From assembly GCF_009914755.1 (NCBI RefSeq), contig NC_060927.1: a DNA stretch of 64,000 nucleotides, one strand, 5' to 3'. The translations under genes were made by a program, and so were the position numbers. This document shows positions 43,330-63,873 of this stretch, in pieces. Every line of letters starts with the position of its first letter. The stretch's first letter is position 1. The DNA comes from the human T2T-CHM13v2.0 reference genome, Homo sapiens. The notes beneath the pieces were generated by a model that was not told the origin of the DNA, searched no databases, and saw only the letters and a list, made by a program, of their open reading frames with translations.

Positions 43330-43808
43330 TACATACAGTCATTAAATAAAAAATCCACATTAATCAGGATTCTCTTGGGGTGAAGATGAACCTTAATTAT
43401 GAGATTTGGATTTTGTATGAAAATATCTCTGTATACTTGCCCTGCCCTGGGTCCTTATCTGTTGTATTTCCCTACATGAGCAAAATTCCCAGAAGGATCC
43501 AGAGTGTACCAAACACCACATAGTCCAAGCCTGAGAAAGATAATTTTTCTGAATTCCTTGGCCTTCATATGCCAGGAAACCAAAAAGCTGGCAGGACTAC
43601 TAGAATTTAAGCCCCACCCCCATGCTTGTACTGTAGATTATCCACAAGAGTAGGGGCTGGTGCTGGGCAGGAAGCAGTAGGAGGGGCCAGAGATTATTGC
43701 TATCAGCAATACAGAAGAAATGCACATTCTGGAAGGGGACAAGGAGGTGATGACTGGAAGAGCAAATTCCTGGATCTCCTTTGACCTGGGCTTCTGAATA
43801 TGCTGGGG

Positions 43809-44148
43809 CAGTGGTCCCCATCCTTTTTGGCACCAGGGACTGGTTTCATGGAAGACGGAAGGGGCAGGTGGCGGGGTAGAGGGTGGTTTCAGGATGAAAC
43901 TCTTCCACCTCAGATTATCTGGCATTAGTTAGAGTCTCATAGGAAGCGTGCAACCTAGAGTCTTCGTGTGAGCAGTTCACAGTAGGGTTCGCGCTCCTTT
44001 GAGAATCTAACGGGGCAGCTGATCTGACAGGAGGCGGAGCTCAGGCAGAAATGCACCATCGCCCACTGCACACCTCCTGCTGTGTGGCCTGGTTCCTAAC
44101 AGGCCACGGACTGGTACCGGTCGATGGTCCGGGAGTTGGGGACCCCTG
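43809..44148. mobile_element. MER1-like hAT-Charlie MITE
   Basis: TIRs cagtggtcccca / tggggacccctg; 8-bp TSD tgctgggg (43801-43808) and tgctgagg (44149-44156). Confidence 0.88.
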
Positions 44149-45271
44149 TGCTGAGGCATGGATGCAGCAATCTTCAGCTGCATTTTTCCTTTCTGGCAGG
44201 CTTCCATGGGTGCCAAGCCATGTCAGTAGGGCTGAATCTGACGTCTCTCTGAAGTGCCAGAACACCACTAGGGACAAAAAAACACCAGGGCTGGATTAGT
44301 GGTCACAACCAGGGTCCAGGATGCCTAAAAGATAGCAGGACATCTGTCCCTTGAGAGACTTGTTCAAAATTGAAGGAGTTCAAGTTTATTGTAAGGCACT
44401 AACCAGTGGCATCTGTTTCTAGGAGTCATTGGAACCACCGCCCTTGGGACCAGGGGAGTTTTGGAGAGGAAAGTTGAATCATAAAAGAGCATAATTACAA
44501 GGCAATTTAGGGGAAAAAGAGAAGGAGATAATGGATTAGCTAGAGGTCCCTGGAGCTCAGAACTAAAGGCAGGGGAATTCAGGGTGGGAGGAAAGGACCT
44601 GTGGTGAGATAATCAACTGCAATCTCTTGAGAATAGAACCCAAATTGCTATACATGCCCTGAGACCATCTAGGTGCCCCCTTATGTTATCTCTGTAGTTC
44701 CTTAACCTTTCCTGTGTCCCTGAACTCATCTTTATTTATTTCAGTTTCCTGCAGTAGAATTCAGCAGTTTTATTCTTGTGATGGCCAAATAGTTATCTGT
44801 GGGGTCATCATGACTGACTTAGAACAGAGTTCACCTGCCTCACCAGAGACAATGCAGCTCTATTCAGTGAGGGCTACAGAGATTTACTTACTAAGCAGCA
44901 CCTCACTCATGCTGGCTATCTCCAGCCAGAGCAGCACATCTTTGTTCCTGCACCCAGGTAGGCACCTGAAAGTTGGATCATGGGCCACTCCAGCCCCATA
45001 ACACTTCCCCTGATTCAACTCAAATGCCCAAATTCGTATCAGACATCATACTAGACAACACAATTTGGCTGCTCTCCCAGAAACTAAAAGACTTATAGAT
45101 AACTTATGTTATGTTAACTTCATGCTGCTAGGCATCAATCCCTTACATGTAGATTAGGCTCTTTATCCTCAGTAAAATGGTGGAGCCATGATTCATATTC
45201 ACAGATTCTGACATGTAAACACTACTCTGCACTGCCTGGTGTTCTGCTCACTGCCCACAGGCTGACCTTAC

Positions 45272-45424
45272 CTCTCCAGACATTTGAGTCTGCTGTGATC
45301 TTTTCTTCCTTTCCTCTTTCTCATTTGCAATGGGAACTCTCCAAACAGGAATTACTATTGTCCAGGGCAGCAAGCTTAGCATTTTGGGAGTTAGAGGGTC
45401 CTGGCAGCTTTAGGACTATAGCTA
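45272..45424 (-). pseudogene. Candidate decayed exon (153 nt, phase 1-1, one TGA)
   Basis: Acceptor ccttgcttccag, strong donor GAG|GTAAGG; phase compatible with the neighbouring blocks. Confidence 0.4.
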
Positions 45425-46339
45425 CTGGAAGCAAGGTTACAACCAGTTCCTCAGAGAATTATCTCTGTGTATATATATATACATATATACACAAATACAC
45501 AATGCCTTAAAATAACTTCTAAGCAGTATACAGGTAAGTTCAAAAGAAAAAAATATGTTGTACAGAAGCTCAAGGCATTACTGACTGAAGGATTAGTCAG
45601 AGTGTTATGTGCTTAAAAGAATTGCCTCTTAGAAATTGCTTTGGATTAAAGGTTTGGAAGAGGGTGAACATATGGGCATATGGGAGCCGGGTGGGGCAGG
45701 GGAGATGTGGCAGGAAGGGCATCAAATGTAGTGGAATGGTTTATGAAAGGAACTAGGCTACTTGTCCCTCTTTTCATAATTTTCAAAATTTTCCATTTTG
45801 ATGGTTTGGGCTTGTCTTAAGGCAGCATATTTCCAGAATAGATACTTCCTCAACCACCTCTAATCGAAGCTAGTTAGAAATGATTCAGCTTCAGTATCAT
45901 GGTTCTAAGCAAGTTGAGGCCTACTTGGGAGGTTTACTGAATTCAGACATAGCCTCAGCCGAGAAGTCCCTTGAGAGACTTGCTCTAAATTGAGGAAGCT
46001 CAAGTTTATTTTAAGGCACTTATCAGGGATAAGAAAAATTCATGTCACACAATAGGCAAAATCTACAGCCAACAAAAGGGCTTCCAAAAGTAGGTGATGG
46101 AACCATTTAGCAGAGCATTCTCCCACAGAATCTGGCACTACTGGCTGCATCAGTTCTCTATTTCTTCCTAATCAGGTCCAGAGCCAAACCAATGATTCCA
46201 TCCTTTATTTTTTTGGAGACAGGCTCTGAAGTTTGAAAAGTAAGGTGCTTTAAGCATGAAGTTAGGCAGCATGATGGTAGCACTTCAAAAGAAAAGTTTT
46301 GTGAATCATGGGTATCTCCTCTGGAAAATGTGGAGATAC

Positions 46340-47560
46340 CTGGTCACACACTGGTACCCTCTTCTTGACTAAGGTCTATCTGCAAAATGCAGCTGCAGCA
46401 GATATGAACTGGGAACCCATCAGTGCTCAGGACAGAGGCACTGCTGCTCTGTGAATTGTGTGGGCTCTGTTCTGGTATTCAAAGGAGGCCAATATGACAT
46501 GAGATAGATTTCAGACCATTTGTCTCCATGTCATAGTTGATAACCATCCCTCAAACCAATTGGCTCCTAGAAACAGATGCCAGAAGAGGCTTTCTAGGGG
46601 AATTTGGGTTCTTGTTCTCCTGACTTTCCTTTCTGGAATGTTGGCCCTCCTAATTAGGCACTAGGTTTACAGAGAACTGGGCTAGCTTTAGGGAAACTGA
46701 GGCAAGGCCTGATGATTTTTGTTTCATCCTCTTGAACTTCTCAAAACTTTGAATGTACAGAAGCCCTTGATGTGTATTTTGCTGCCCAGACCTTTGGTTT
46801 CTGCAGGTCCCTGTATGTAGTCCATTTCTGAGGTGCAGGTGATTGAGATTTGGGGGTCTGTTCTGTCTATGGAGCTGCAGGCAAGGTGCTTCTTTGCCTC
46901 CTGCTTGATTAATTTTGGAATGAGGAGTGAGCATGGCAGATTGAGCCTTAGGAAGGCTGAAGATGTAGAATGAATAGATGTCATGGTTCCAGGTTTCTCA
47001 GAAGCATCAGAGACTCCTGCTCCTGCCTTGGTGTTAAGACCTCAATGCTTGTCTTTCAGCTCTCACTGAGCATCTTCGAGCATCACTATAGTTTGCCCAA
47101 AGGTAGGGAGGGCTGAGCAGGAATGCTGGCATATCAGGGAGCCAGAGAGCTAAAGGAGCCAGCCATCCTTGCATGAAGAATGGCAAGGATTGCCTCCCAA
47201 GCATGGTTTCTGGCTGGGAACTCCTTTTCTGAGAGGTGAAGAAATCCCTGTTAAAACTCCATGTCTACAGGAGCTAGAGATGTCACAACTATTTGACTGA
47301 AGGGCCTAGAGTTGGCTAGGCTCTCAAATCAAGGCATCTGCTAACTCCAAGAGTCTTCCCCAACAGAATCAGCAGACTCTGGGTCATTATGGAGCTCATG
47401 GAGCCAGGAATGAAACTCTGAAATCCATCCATGATGAGCAATGTGTCAGAGAAGGCCAAGATAGGTGGGCTCGGTCTCTATGCTTGGATCCATATGCCAT
47501 TTCCACTTTTCAAAGGGAATGGAACTATGGAGAAGCAGCGGCAGCATTCATTCCATAAGA
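46340..47560 (-). pseudogene. Candidate large decayed exon
   Basis: Not recognised as a repeat; long frames broken mainly by TGA; donor CAG|GTATCT at 46339. The 5' boundary is a guess. Confidence 0.35.
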
Positions 47561-50375
47561 ACTCAGGCACTATTACTCTATGAATCATTACTGAGCATTT
47601 ATAATAAATGAAGAACTCATATGAGGAGCAATGGTGACTTTCTCATCCTGGAGCACCTAGAGCAAGGGTCATAAGGAATCTAAAATCTAAAATCAAAGAA
47701 AATTCCTAGGAGGTGTGACCAGAAAGCTGTTACTCAGCATTCATTCAACAAGTACTTAACTAAGCACAGACCTTGTGCCAGACACTGGTGTGGCTTATTC
47801 TTGATCCAGGATCTAAGAATCACAGTCCTGAAAGCAGGCTTTGTGAGGGGGATTTCTCCAGCCCATCAAAGTGAGGAATTTATTATCATGTATCTTAGGA
47901 GATAGGTGGCAGGGCCCTCTTTGGGGAGCTCTCAAGTATTATAGAGTTTCCTCAGGACACAGATCTATTTAATGGGTTAATATACCAGCACAAAGAGGCC
48001 ACTGTAACTCAAATTACATATCAAACTGACATCTCAGATATGCTTAAAAGCACTTCCATGGAGTGTTCCACTAAGGTTTACCCTAACAAAGAACATCACC
48101 AGGATTTAAAAACACTCCCCACTATTGCTGATACAACTAGTAAATGTGAAGATTTGCATGTAGAGCAGATATTGTGAGAAAGTCTACGGATTCCCTAAAT
48201 GTCTCTAACCTTGTCCTGGATGTGTCCTGTTCACTACACTCCCCTTGATCTTTATCAGGATATCTTTAACATTTAGGATATTTTCTAGATTTACTACTTT
48301 AGGGTCCTAAGCACATTGTTTAGGAAAATGTATTCAACCCAGAGTCAAAACCAAGTTGTCAACAGGTTTTGTATAGCCAGCAGTTTACAGACCCGCTTTT
48401 GACCCCAGAAGGGAATTCAGCCTGAACCTCTGCCTCCTGCCCTATTCCTCCCAACCCTCCAGATAACCAACCTTCTCAGTCCTCTCCTTCACACAGATTT
48501 TAATTCAGCTGACAGGCACAAGAAATACAGGCTGATTAATACAAATGAAGGCTGCATAATTCGTAGATTTAGTAATGAGATGTCTTATAAAACTTTTGTA
48601 GGAAACAGGTGTTTTCTCCTAACCCTGGAAAATTCTTTTCCATTAAGATATGTGACTTCCTCTTTATGCCTGTGTGGCACTGAGGGGTGCATATTCTAGA
48701 GATGGCCATCGAGGACCTTGCCTCAACTCTCTTGTCTTCTCTATGTCATATATGGGCATTCTGTGAAACGAATTTATTCATTCCATATTAATTCATTTAA
48801 CTTATTTTGATTCATATTTCTATTCTGCTTATTTTTTATTATTGTGAGTAAATTATATGAAAATTCAGAGTACTTAAAGTTGTTTGGATATCTGAATGGC
48901 AGGGCAAGTACATTTTTGCATGTGTGCTAGATGAATCCACTCTTAACAGATAGTTACTGAGTGCCTCCTAAATTATAAACTGGTTTAACAGATAAAATAC
49001 TTTTTTCATTCCCTCTGCCTGGAACATTCCCATTCTACTCCTTCAACTGTCAGTTCATCCTTCAGTTCATTCTTTGAAGTGTTTCCTCTGAACATCTCCA
49101 GGACTAAGCTAATGACTCTCACACAAAAATCCCTACCTGCAAAATAATAGTCATCACACACACATTTATTTTTTAAATGTTTATCTCTTCTACTGAGATG
49201 AAACCTCCACTAGCAGAGACTGTTACCTGTTTTCTGCATCTATTACAGTGTCTTTTACCTTATAAATGCTTATAGATGTTCATTGAATGAATAGATGTAT
49301 TTTAGAGTTTAATATCTCTGATATAATAGATTCTTGGTCAAATACTGAGAGCTCAGTCACTTAGCTAATTGAGCATCTCAGAGTACATAATAAGAGGACT
49401 AGAAAAAGTTATAGGGCACCATTCTGGCCCTCAAGAGGGCCTCCATAAAGTGGATGGACCATTTGCATACAAAGAATTAAATGTCTACACATAACCCAAG
49501 TACGAAAAGAGTGGGTGAGTAAATGAATGATTAAATGAAATGAATAAGCAGTTCATTTTAGAGTTATATAAAATGAGCTTAACCTTGGACCATTTTTTGT
49601 TTCTCATCTTATTTTTTACATCTGTAAAATGGAAATTATCAATGTTCCTATTTTAAAGGGTTGTTGTGAGGATTAAGTAAAATAATGACCGTAAAATTCT
49701 TAGCACAGAATCTGGTACATATCACACAACAAATATTAAAAATTATTTATTAGTAGTAGTATTGTTATTATTATCTTTAGGTTCTGGGAAGGGTCAGGTA
49801 GGATGATTTGATGAAGGATCTATAAATAGCATATTATTACATTCTCAATAGGCTAGGGAGGGGACAAGCTATAAAAGACAAATGCTGAAATGATTATCTT
49901 TGATTGGCAGCTCTCAAGCACTTAACTATTAATGAGGAAACCAAAGAACTTTTATTTAGGTGGGTTATAGCTAGTGATATGCTGGTAAGCATTTAGCAAC
50001 CAGGAGGAATGTTACTGCAGGGGAAAATTTTGGACTTGTAGTGTTTACTTATTTCTGTGATATTACCATTCCCACCATCTCACCATGTCTAATTTCAAGC
50101 TATCAATATGCCTTCATTGAATGTGGAGAGATGTGCAGGAACACACACACACAGACACACACACACACACACACACACAATTTCCCCCATACAGATGCAG
50201 TAAACATATTACTTTGTTTTAAATATTATGTGTTTAACCATAAGTTTATGTAACTTTTAAAATTAACCAACGTCCATACGTTATTCAGATTTCCTTAGTT
50301 TTTACCTACCGTCTTTTTTTTTCTGTTGTAGAATCTCATCCAGGATAGCACGTTACATTTAGTCATCATGTCTTC

Positions 50376-50738
50376 TGTTAAATAAAATTTATGAGAGACC
50401 ACTGATTTGGACTAGGATCCTACGCTAAGTCTAACACGCCAAACCAATATGGAGTTTAACCATAGCAGCTGAGCTTTAGTTGATTGCAGGAAGCTCTGTA
50501 ACCAATTAACCAGTTAAGTTGTAATCAATTAAGTTGTCTCTGCACTGCACTTTCATTTCCTATAACTCATGTCAGATAATGTTATTGATGGGCATTCTCT
50601 CAATCCACTCTGGCTCGAAGGGCTGCCAGATTCACAAATCATTCTTGTTTTATTTTGCTTTCCTTTGTTTTGTTTTGCTCTGTTTTTTTTTTCTTCGCTC
50701 AAATAAACTTAGTTAAAATATAAACTTGTCTAAGGTTT
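50376..50738 (+). mobile_element. ERV1-class solo LTR (MER-type; subfamily uncertain)
   Basis: Starts tgttaaataaaatttatg; ends with cttcgctcaaataaact...aacttgtctaaggtttt, as in ERV1 LTRs. Confidence 0.6.
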
Positions 50739-50739
50739 T

Positions 50740-54116
<3,377 letters not shown>

Positions 54117-54135
54117 GAGTAAAAAAAGTAAAACT

Positions 54136-54544
<409 letters not shown>

Positions 54545-54596
54545 TTAAAGGTAAGAGAGATTCACTGCCCTCGCTCTAGCAGCTTAAGACTTTTAA

Positions 54597-54996
<400 letters not shown>

Positions 54997-55714
54997 TAAC
55001 TCTCAATCTTTCTTGTGAGCATTTGGTAGAGGCCCAACTTCTTATGTCTGTGGCTCTTAGATATTCTAAATAGACGTGCTAGCCCACACCTGGCCTTTAA
55101 GAATTTGCTAAAATTTTGTTTGATTTCTTCTTACCTAGCCACTTCTCTCTTGTGCTCTACTATAGATGAAATACTTCATTTCACAGATACAGACTCCTAT
55201 CCCAGTTTACATGGTTGGCTTGAGTCCTCAGCTATCTAATGGGCTCAAGAAAAATTATTGTTCTAGATTATCTGGCATTTTCTTTGCTAAATTGGGAGCA
55301 ACACTCTTACATAATTTTTCTACATTTCTTTTCCAATTATAAGTACAAATATAGGAATTTTGATTAGAATTTTACTAAAGTTAACATTAGAGATTGCGCA
55401 ATATTATACAATTTGGTCTTTACATCCAGAAATACTGGTATTTTCACTCATTTTACAAAGAACATCTTCCAGATTCTTTATGATATGGAGTCATGATTTG
55501 TTAATTGATTTTAACTTAAATTCCATATTGTTACAAACACAAATTGAAGTGGCTTCAATGTTATGGTATTAAAACATATTTAAAGTAAACAGGGAAACTG
55601 AAAAGTATTAGGTTGGAACCAAATAATCATAAAGGTACCTAGGATTGTAACAAAAATTAAACATTATATTTAGCTTTGAGATTCCTAGGAGAAAAGACAA
55701 AAAGGGAAACAGTA

Positions 55715-56300
55715 CATTATGTAGTTCTCACAGTTTAATAGAAAGAATGCATTTTTTTGGTATGCAGTTCCTTTTAGAAATAACAAAATAGAAAATGAGT
55801 TCAACCATTGCTTTATAGAAAACAGGGAAATGTCCTTCAATTGAGCATTTCTTTTCCTCACATTAATAAAGTCTGCACACACCTCCTATGTTAACAGGAA
55901 ATAGGAATTTCAGATAACAAATGTGAAAAGTTGAAATAATCCTGACAAATTTTTCAAATCAATTGTTGAAAATATTTATTTAGAAAAAAATATTTAGTTG
56001 GAAAACAGAAGAAACCAAAGAAAAACACACTTCATGTAAACAACAGAACACTATGCTAAGTTTAGTTCTACAATAAAAGCCACACAAATCTGTGTGTGGC
56101 TAAGGATGAGGATACAGAGAAAAGAAAAAGAAAATTGAGAGAGAGGTAGAATATAACTCTTTGCTTACTGCAGGTCTTGTCTGGAGGAGAACCTCTGGAA
56201 AATAATAAGTTAGGATGGCCCTAGTCTACCAGCATGCCAGAGGCAGAACCAATATAATCTCCTAAAATATGAGATTTGTGTCAATTCTTAGGGTTACTCA
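55715..56300 (-). other. IQCB1: IQCB1 3' UTR with candidate polyA signals AATAAA (55975-55980) and ATTAAA (55734-55739)
   Basis: Follows the stop codon; the distal hexamer is followed by a U/GU-rich element (tgtttccctttttgtctttt). Cleavage site approximate. Confidence 0.75.
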
Positions 56301-56530
56301 CTAAGGTGGTTTGGTTCCACCAATGAATAAATTTTCTAATTCTATACTAAGCTCATCCTTTGGAACATCAATCTCATCTCCAGATTCTTCTCCAAGCTTC
56401 TTCCACCAGGGTGCTTGTATGTGCTTCAGGGTTGTGAGATGGGCCTGCTTGGCCTTGGCTGCCACAGGCCTGGATCTACTTAGGAAGAGCTCAGGTTCTT
56501 TCCCTTCTGCCTCCTTCAGACTTGGTGCCT
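56301..56530 (-). CDS. IQCB1: IQCB1 (NPHP5) last coding exon, (K)APSLKEAEGKEPELFLSRSRPVAAKAKQAHLTTLKHIQAPWWKKLGEESGDEIDVPKDELSIELENLFIGGTKPP*
   Basis: AG at 56531-56532; TAG at 56301-56303; phase matches the upstream exon; recognised NPHP5 C-terminus. Confidence 0.94.
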
Positions 56531-56651
56531 CTGTAGTGGACAGAAAATAAACAGATGAGCAGAAGAGTCCTATGCCAAGCAGGTAGGAACTTGGAAGCTA
56601 CAGAGCTGTAACTCTGCAGGCAGAAACAGCATTCCAACTCTGAATGTACTA

Positions 56652-57583
<932 letters not shown>

Positions 57584-57849
57584 AGATGGTTTATTTAAAG
57601 AATAGAAACTTTAATAGAACCTCATCCTATAGATGAGAGGCTCAGTTTCAGCCATTTATCCAATTTAAGAATATAAAATTACCAAGTAGTGGCCATTAAA
57701 TAGAAAACACTGGTCCTTTCTGTTTACATATACTAAAGAAATCCAAGATGCTGACTGAAACACAGGGGCTTCATGGATGGGATCTCTCATTAAATGGATC
57801 AGTGGTTATGATGAATTCATTTTTGTAAAGTGCTTCATTAAAAATTATA

Positions 57850-58150
<301 letters not shown>

Positions 58151-58512
58151 TTATAAAATGCTCTACAAGTGAATGGCACTGTAACTATTGTCATCATCTA
58201 CTTACAAAATATGACCAAAAGCTTTTCAGATTACTTAGTAAAAGATGGCTAGTAGGGCTCAGCATCTGAAATTAATAACTTTGGGGTGACACATATGAAT
58301 GATGGCAAGGCTTGGGGAAACAGGTAAGAAGGTGGTTATAAAATCCGCATCATTTGAAAACATTGTGTGCTGGTCTGATCTATGTAGAAATTTCCTGAGG
58401 TTAGGGGATGAGCTAAAGATGCTTAGTAATGGTTTCCTTCTAAAGGTTTTGGATGTCACAAACCTCGCATAGGTTGTTCCTTTTAGAGAACGAAAGTAAA
58501 ATGAGCACATAC

Positions 58513-58669
58513 TCATTAGCTGTTCAACGTTGGTGCTGATCTGTGCTATCAGAGCTTCTCTGTGCTGCTGGGCTCGCTCTTCTAGGGCCCTGCCCATAAA
58601 GTAGTGTTGCAGTCGTTCTTGAGCTTGGGCATGGAGCTCCCTACTGACCACATCTGACATTGGAGAGCC
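58513..58669 (-). CDS. IQCB1: IQCB1 penultimate exon, GSPMSDVVSRELHAQAQERLQHYFMGRALEERAQQHREALIAQISTNVEQLM(K)
   Basis: ORF 58259..58732; AG at 58670-58671, donor GTATGT at 58512; 157 nt. Upstream exons lie beyond the window. Confidence 0.95.
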
Positions 58670-58926
58670 CTGGAAACACAGGACAGAAAAACCTGTCACA
58701 GAGAGGACATAGGTATCAAAGTACCCAACCACTTAGCAGAGGTTTTAGACTGCTTAGCTGTCTCTCATTTTATCAATTGAATCTTATGATTGATGTCTAT
58801 CTTGTACTCTTATGCAAGTATTAATTAGTCTCTTAAAAGTTTTAGATAAAAATAATGGTGGAGAAGTTTTTTGTCTTTCTTTTTTGTATGTGCCTATACT
58901 TTACTTTCTCAGACACTGTGGAATTA

Positions 58927-59355
<429 letters not shown>

Positions 59356-59724
59356 TTATCCCATTCTCACTCCCAAACTTATCCAAGCCATATGTTGTAA
59401 CTGCTTCTGGATCCACAGAACAAGGGACAAAATCATCCAAAGGACCATGTTCTTTTGGCTAGTCAGCTAATTTAAGGGGAACTTAACTGATTAGTTTGGG
59501 CAAGGATGAAATAATCTTAACTTTGGAGGTGATAAAGAACCTGACACCACAGCTTTCTCAAATATTCCTGTTCCTATCTTGGATATGACCCTGTTCCACT
59601 AAAACCTTACTTCTCAGCCACAGGATCTTAAACAGCTGCACTAGAGTATGGCTAAAGAAGCACTTTAAAAAAAGAAAAACAGGAGCATGCATCAGAACTA
59701 CATATAGTGTATTAGAAAAAGAGA

Positions 59725-60900
59725 GATCAAAGACCTAAACATAAGAGCTAAAACTGTAAAACTCCTAGAAGAAAACACAGGAAAAGCATCATGACATTGG
59801 TTTTGGTGATGATTTCTTCATACGACACCAAAGCACAGGAAAAAAAAAACAACAACAAAAACTAGACAAAATGAACTTCACCAAAATTAAAAACTTTGGT
59901 GCACCAAAGATCACTATCAAGAAAGTTAACTGGCAGTCCACAGAATGGCATAAAATGTTTGCAAATCATACATCTAAGGGATTAATCTCCATAATATATA
60001 AAGAACTCCCAAAACTCTACAAAAAACAACCTGATTAAAAAATGAACAAAATATAACCCTGTGGAAAAAAAAATAAACAAATGACTTGAACAGACATTTC
60101 TGCAAAAAAGATAAAGAAACGGCCAATAAACACATGAAAAGATGCTCAAAATCACTAATTAGGAAAGTGCAAGTTCAAACCATAAGATACAACTTCATAT
60201 CTATTAGCTGCTATCAAAAACAATGACTACAACAAAAACAACTAATGTTGACAAGGATGTACAGAAACTGGAACCCTGTGTGTGACTGGTAGAAATGTAA
60301 AATGGTACAGCCACTATGGAAAACAGTATGGCAGTTCCTCAAAAAAATTTTTAAAAAGAATTAGCACACAATCTAGCATTTCCATTTCGGATACTCACCC
60401 AAAAGAATTGAAAGCAAGTACACACACAGATATTTGTACACACATGGTCACAGTAGCATTATTCACAATAGCCAAAGGGTGGACGGAACCCAAGTGTTCC
60501 TTGGATAAACAAAATGTAGTATATATAATGGAATATTATTCAGCCTTTAAAAGTAGAAAATTCCGACATATGCTAAAACATGAACCTTGAAGACATTATA
60601 CTAACTGAAACAATGAAGTATGATTCTACTCATGAGGTACTTAGAGTAGGCAAATTCATAGAGACAGAAAGTAGAATGGTGGTTGCCAGAAGCTGGGTAG
60701 TGAGGGAATGGTGAGTTAGTGTTTAAAGGATGCAGAGTTTCCATTCTGCAAGATGAAAAAAGTTCTGAAGATGGGATGGTGGTGAAGCTTGCACAAACAA
60801 TATGAATGTACTTAATGCTACCAAACTACATTTAAACATAGTTAAAATGGTAATTTTTATATTTTATCTATTTTACCACCCTGAAAATAAATAAATTTTA
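59725..60900 (+). mobile_element. L1MB-like 3' portion
   Basis: aaagacctaaacataagagctaaaact...ttcatagagacagaaagtagaatggtggttgccag. Confidence 0.82.
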
Positions 60901-61225
60901 AAAATACAGATACATGAGGCCACACAAAACTTACTGTATCAGAATTTCTTGGGGTGTGTGGGGCTTGGGTATGTAATTTTTATAAAGGTGATTAAATTTG
61001 TAAATGATTAAAACTGTTAAAAGCAATATAGTCCTCTCTACAGAGCTTAGGAACTGATTATCTGTTTGTTGGAGAGGAGGCATGCTTCTGTCTGTCTTCA
61101 TTCTACCTCTGCTCACAGGAAAAATCTTTCAGTTGTGGTTCTGCCCCTCTCTCCAACTCGGTTCTGGTGTTTGGCTAAGGGAGGAGTTGCTAATATGATT
61201 GATCAGCACTTAAGAGATTCACTGG

Positions 61226-61596
61226 CCATATACACCATGGAATACTATGCAGCCATAAAAAAGGATGAGTTTATGTCCTTTGCAGAGACATGGATGAAGC
61301 TGGAAACCATCATTCTCAGCAAACTAATACAAGAACAGAAAACCAAACACTGCATGTTCTCAACCATAAGTGGAAGTTGAACAATGAGAACACGTGGACG
61401 CAGGGAGGGGAACATCACACACTGGGGCCTATCGTGGGGTAGGGAGCTAAGGGAGGGATAGCATTAGGAGAAAAACCTAATGTAGATGACAGGTTGATGG
61501 GTCCCAAACCACCCATGGCACATGTATACCTATGTAACAAACCTGCATGTTCTGCACATGTATCCCAGAACTTAAAGTATAATAATAATTAAAAAG
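61226..61596 (+). mobile_element. Short L1PA 3' end with ~18-bp TSD
   Basis: TSD aagagattcactggccat (61212-61229) and aagagattcattggccat (61597-61614). Confidence 0.92.
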
Positions 61597-61699
61597 AAGA
61601 GATTCATTGGCCATGTTTTATTGGTGGCCAGGCTGATTATTTTTAAAATCTCAGGACCCCTAAATTTTTTTTTAAGCATTTAGGTTAAAACAACCTTTT

Positions 61700-63870
<2,171 letters not shown>

Positions 63871-63873
63871 ACT

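Noticed and set aside
60935-61013. Possible 79-nt cryptic IQCB1 exon (ttttaacag ... ACA|GTAAGT)
   Set aside because: AT-rich, frame-shifting and not matching the NPHP5 sequence I recall; such site pairs are common by chance.
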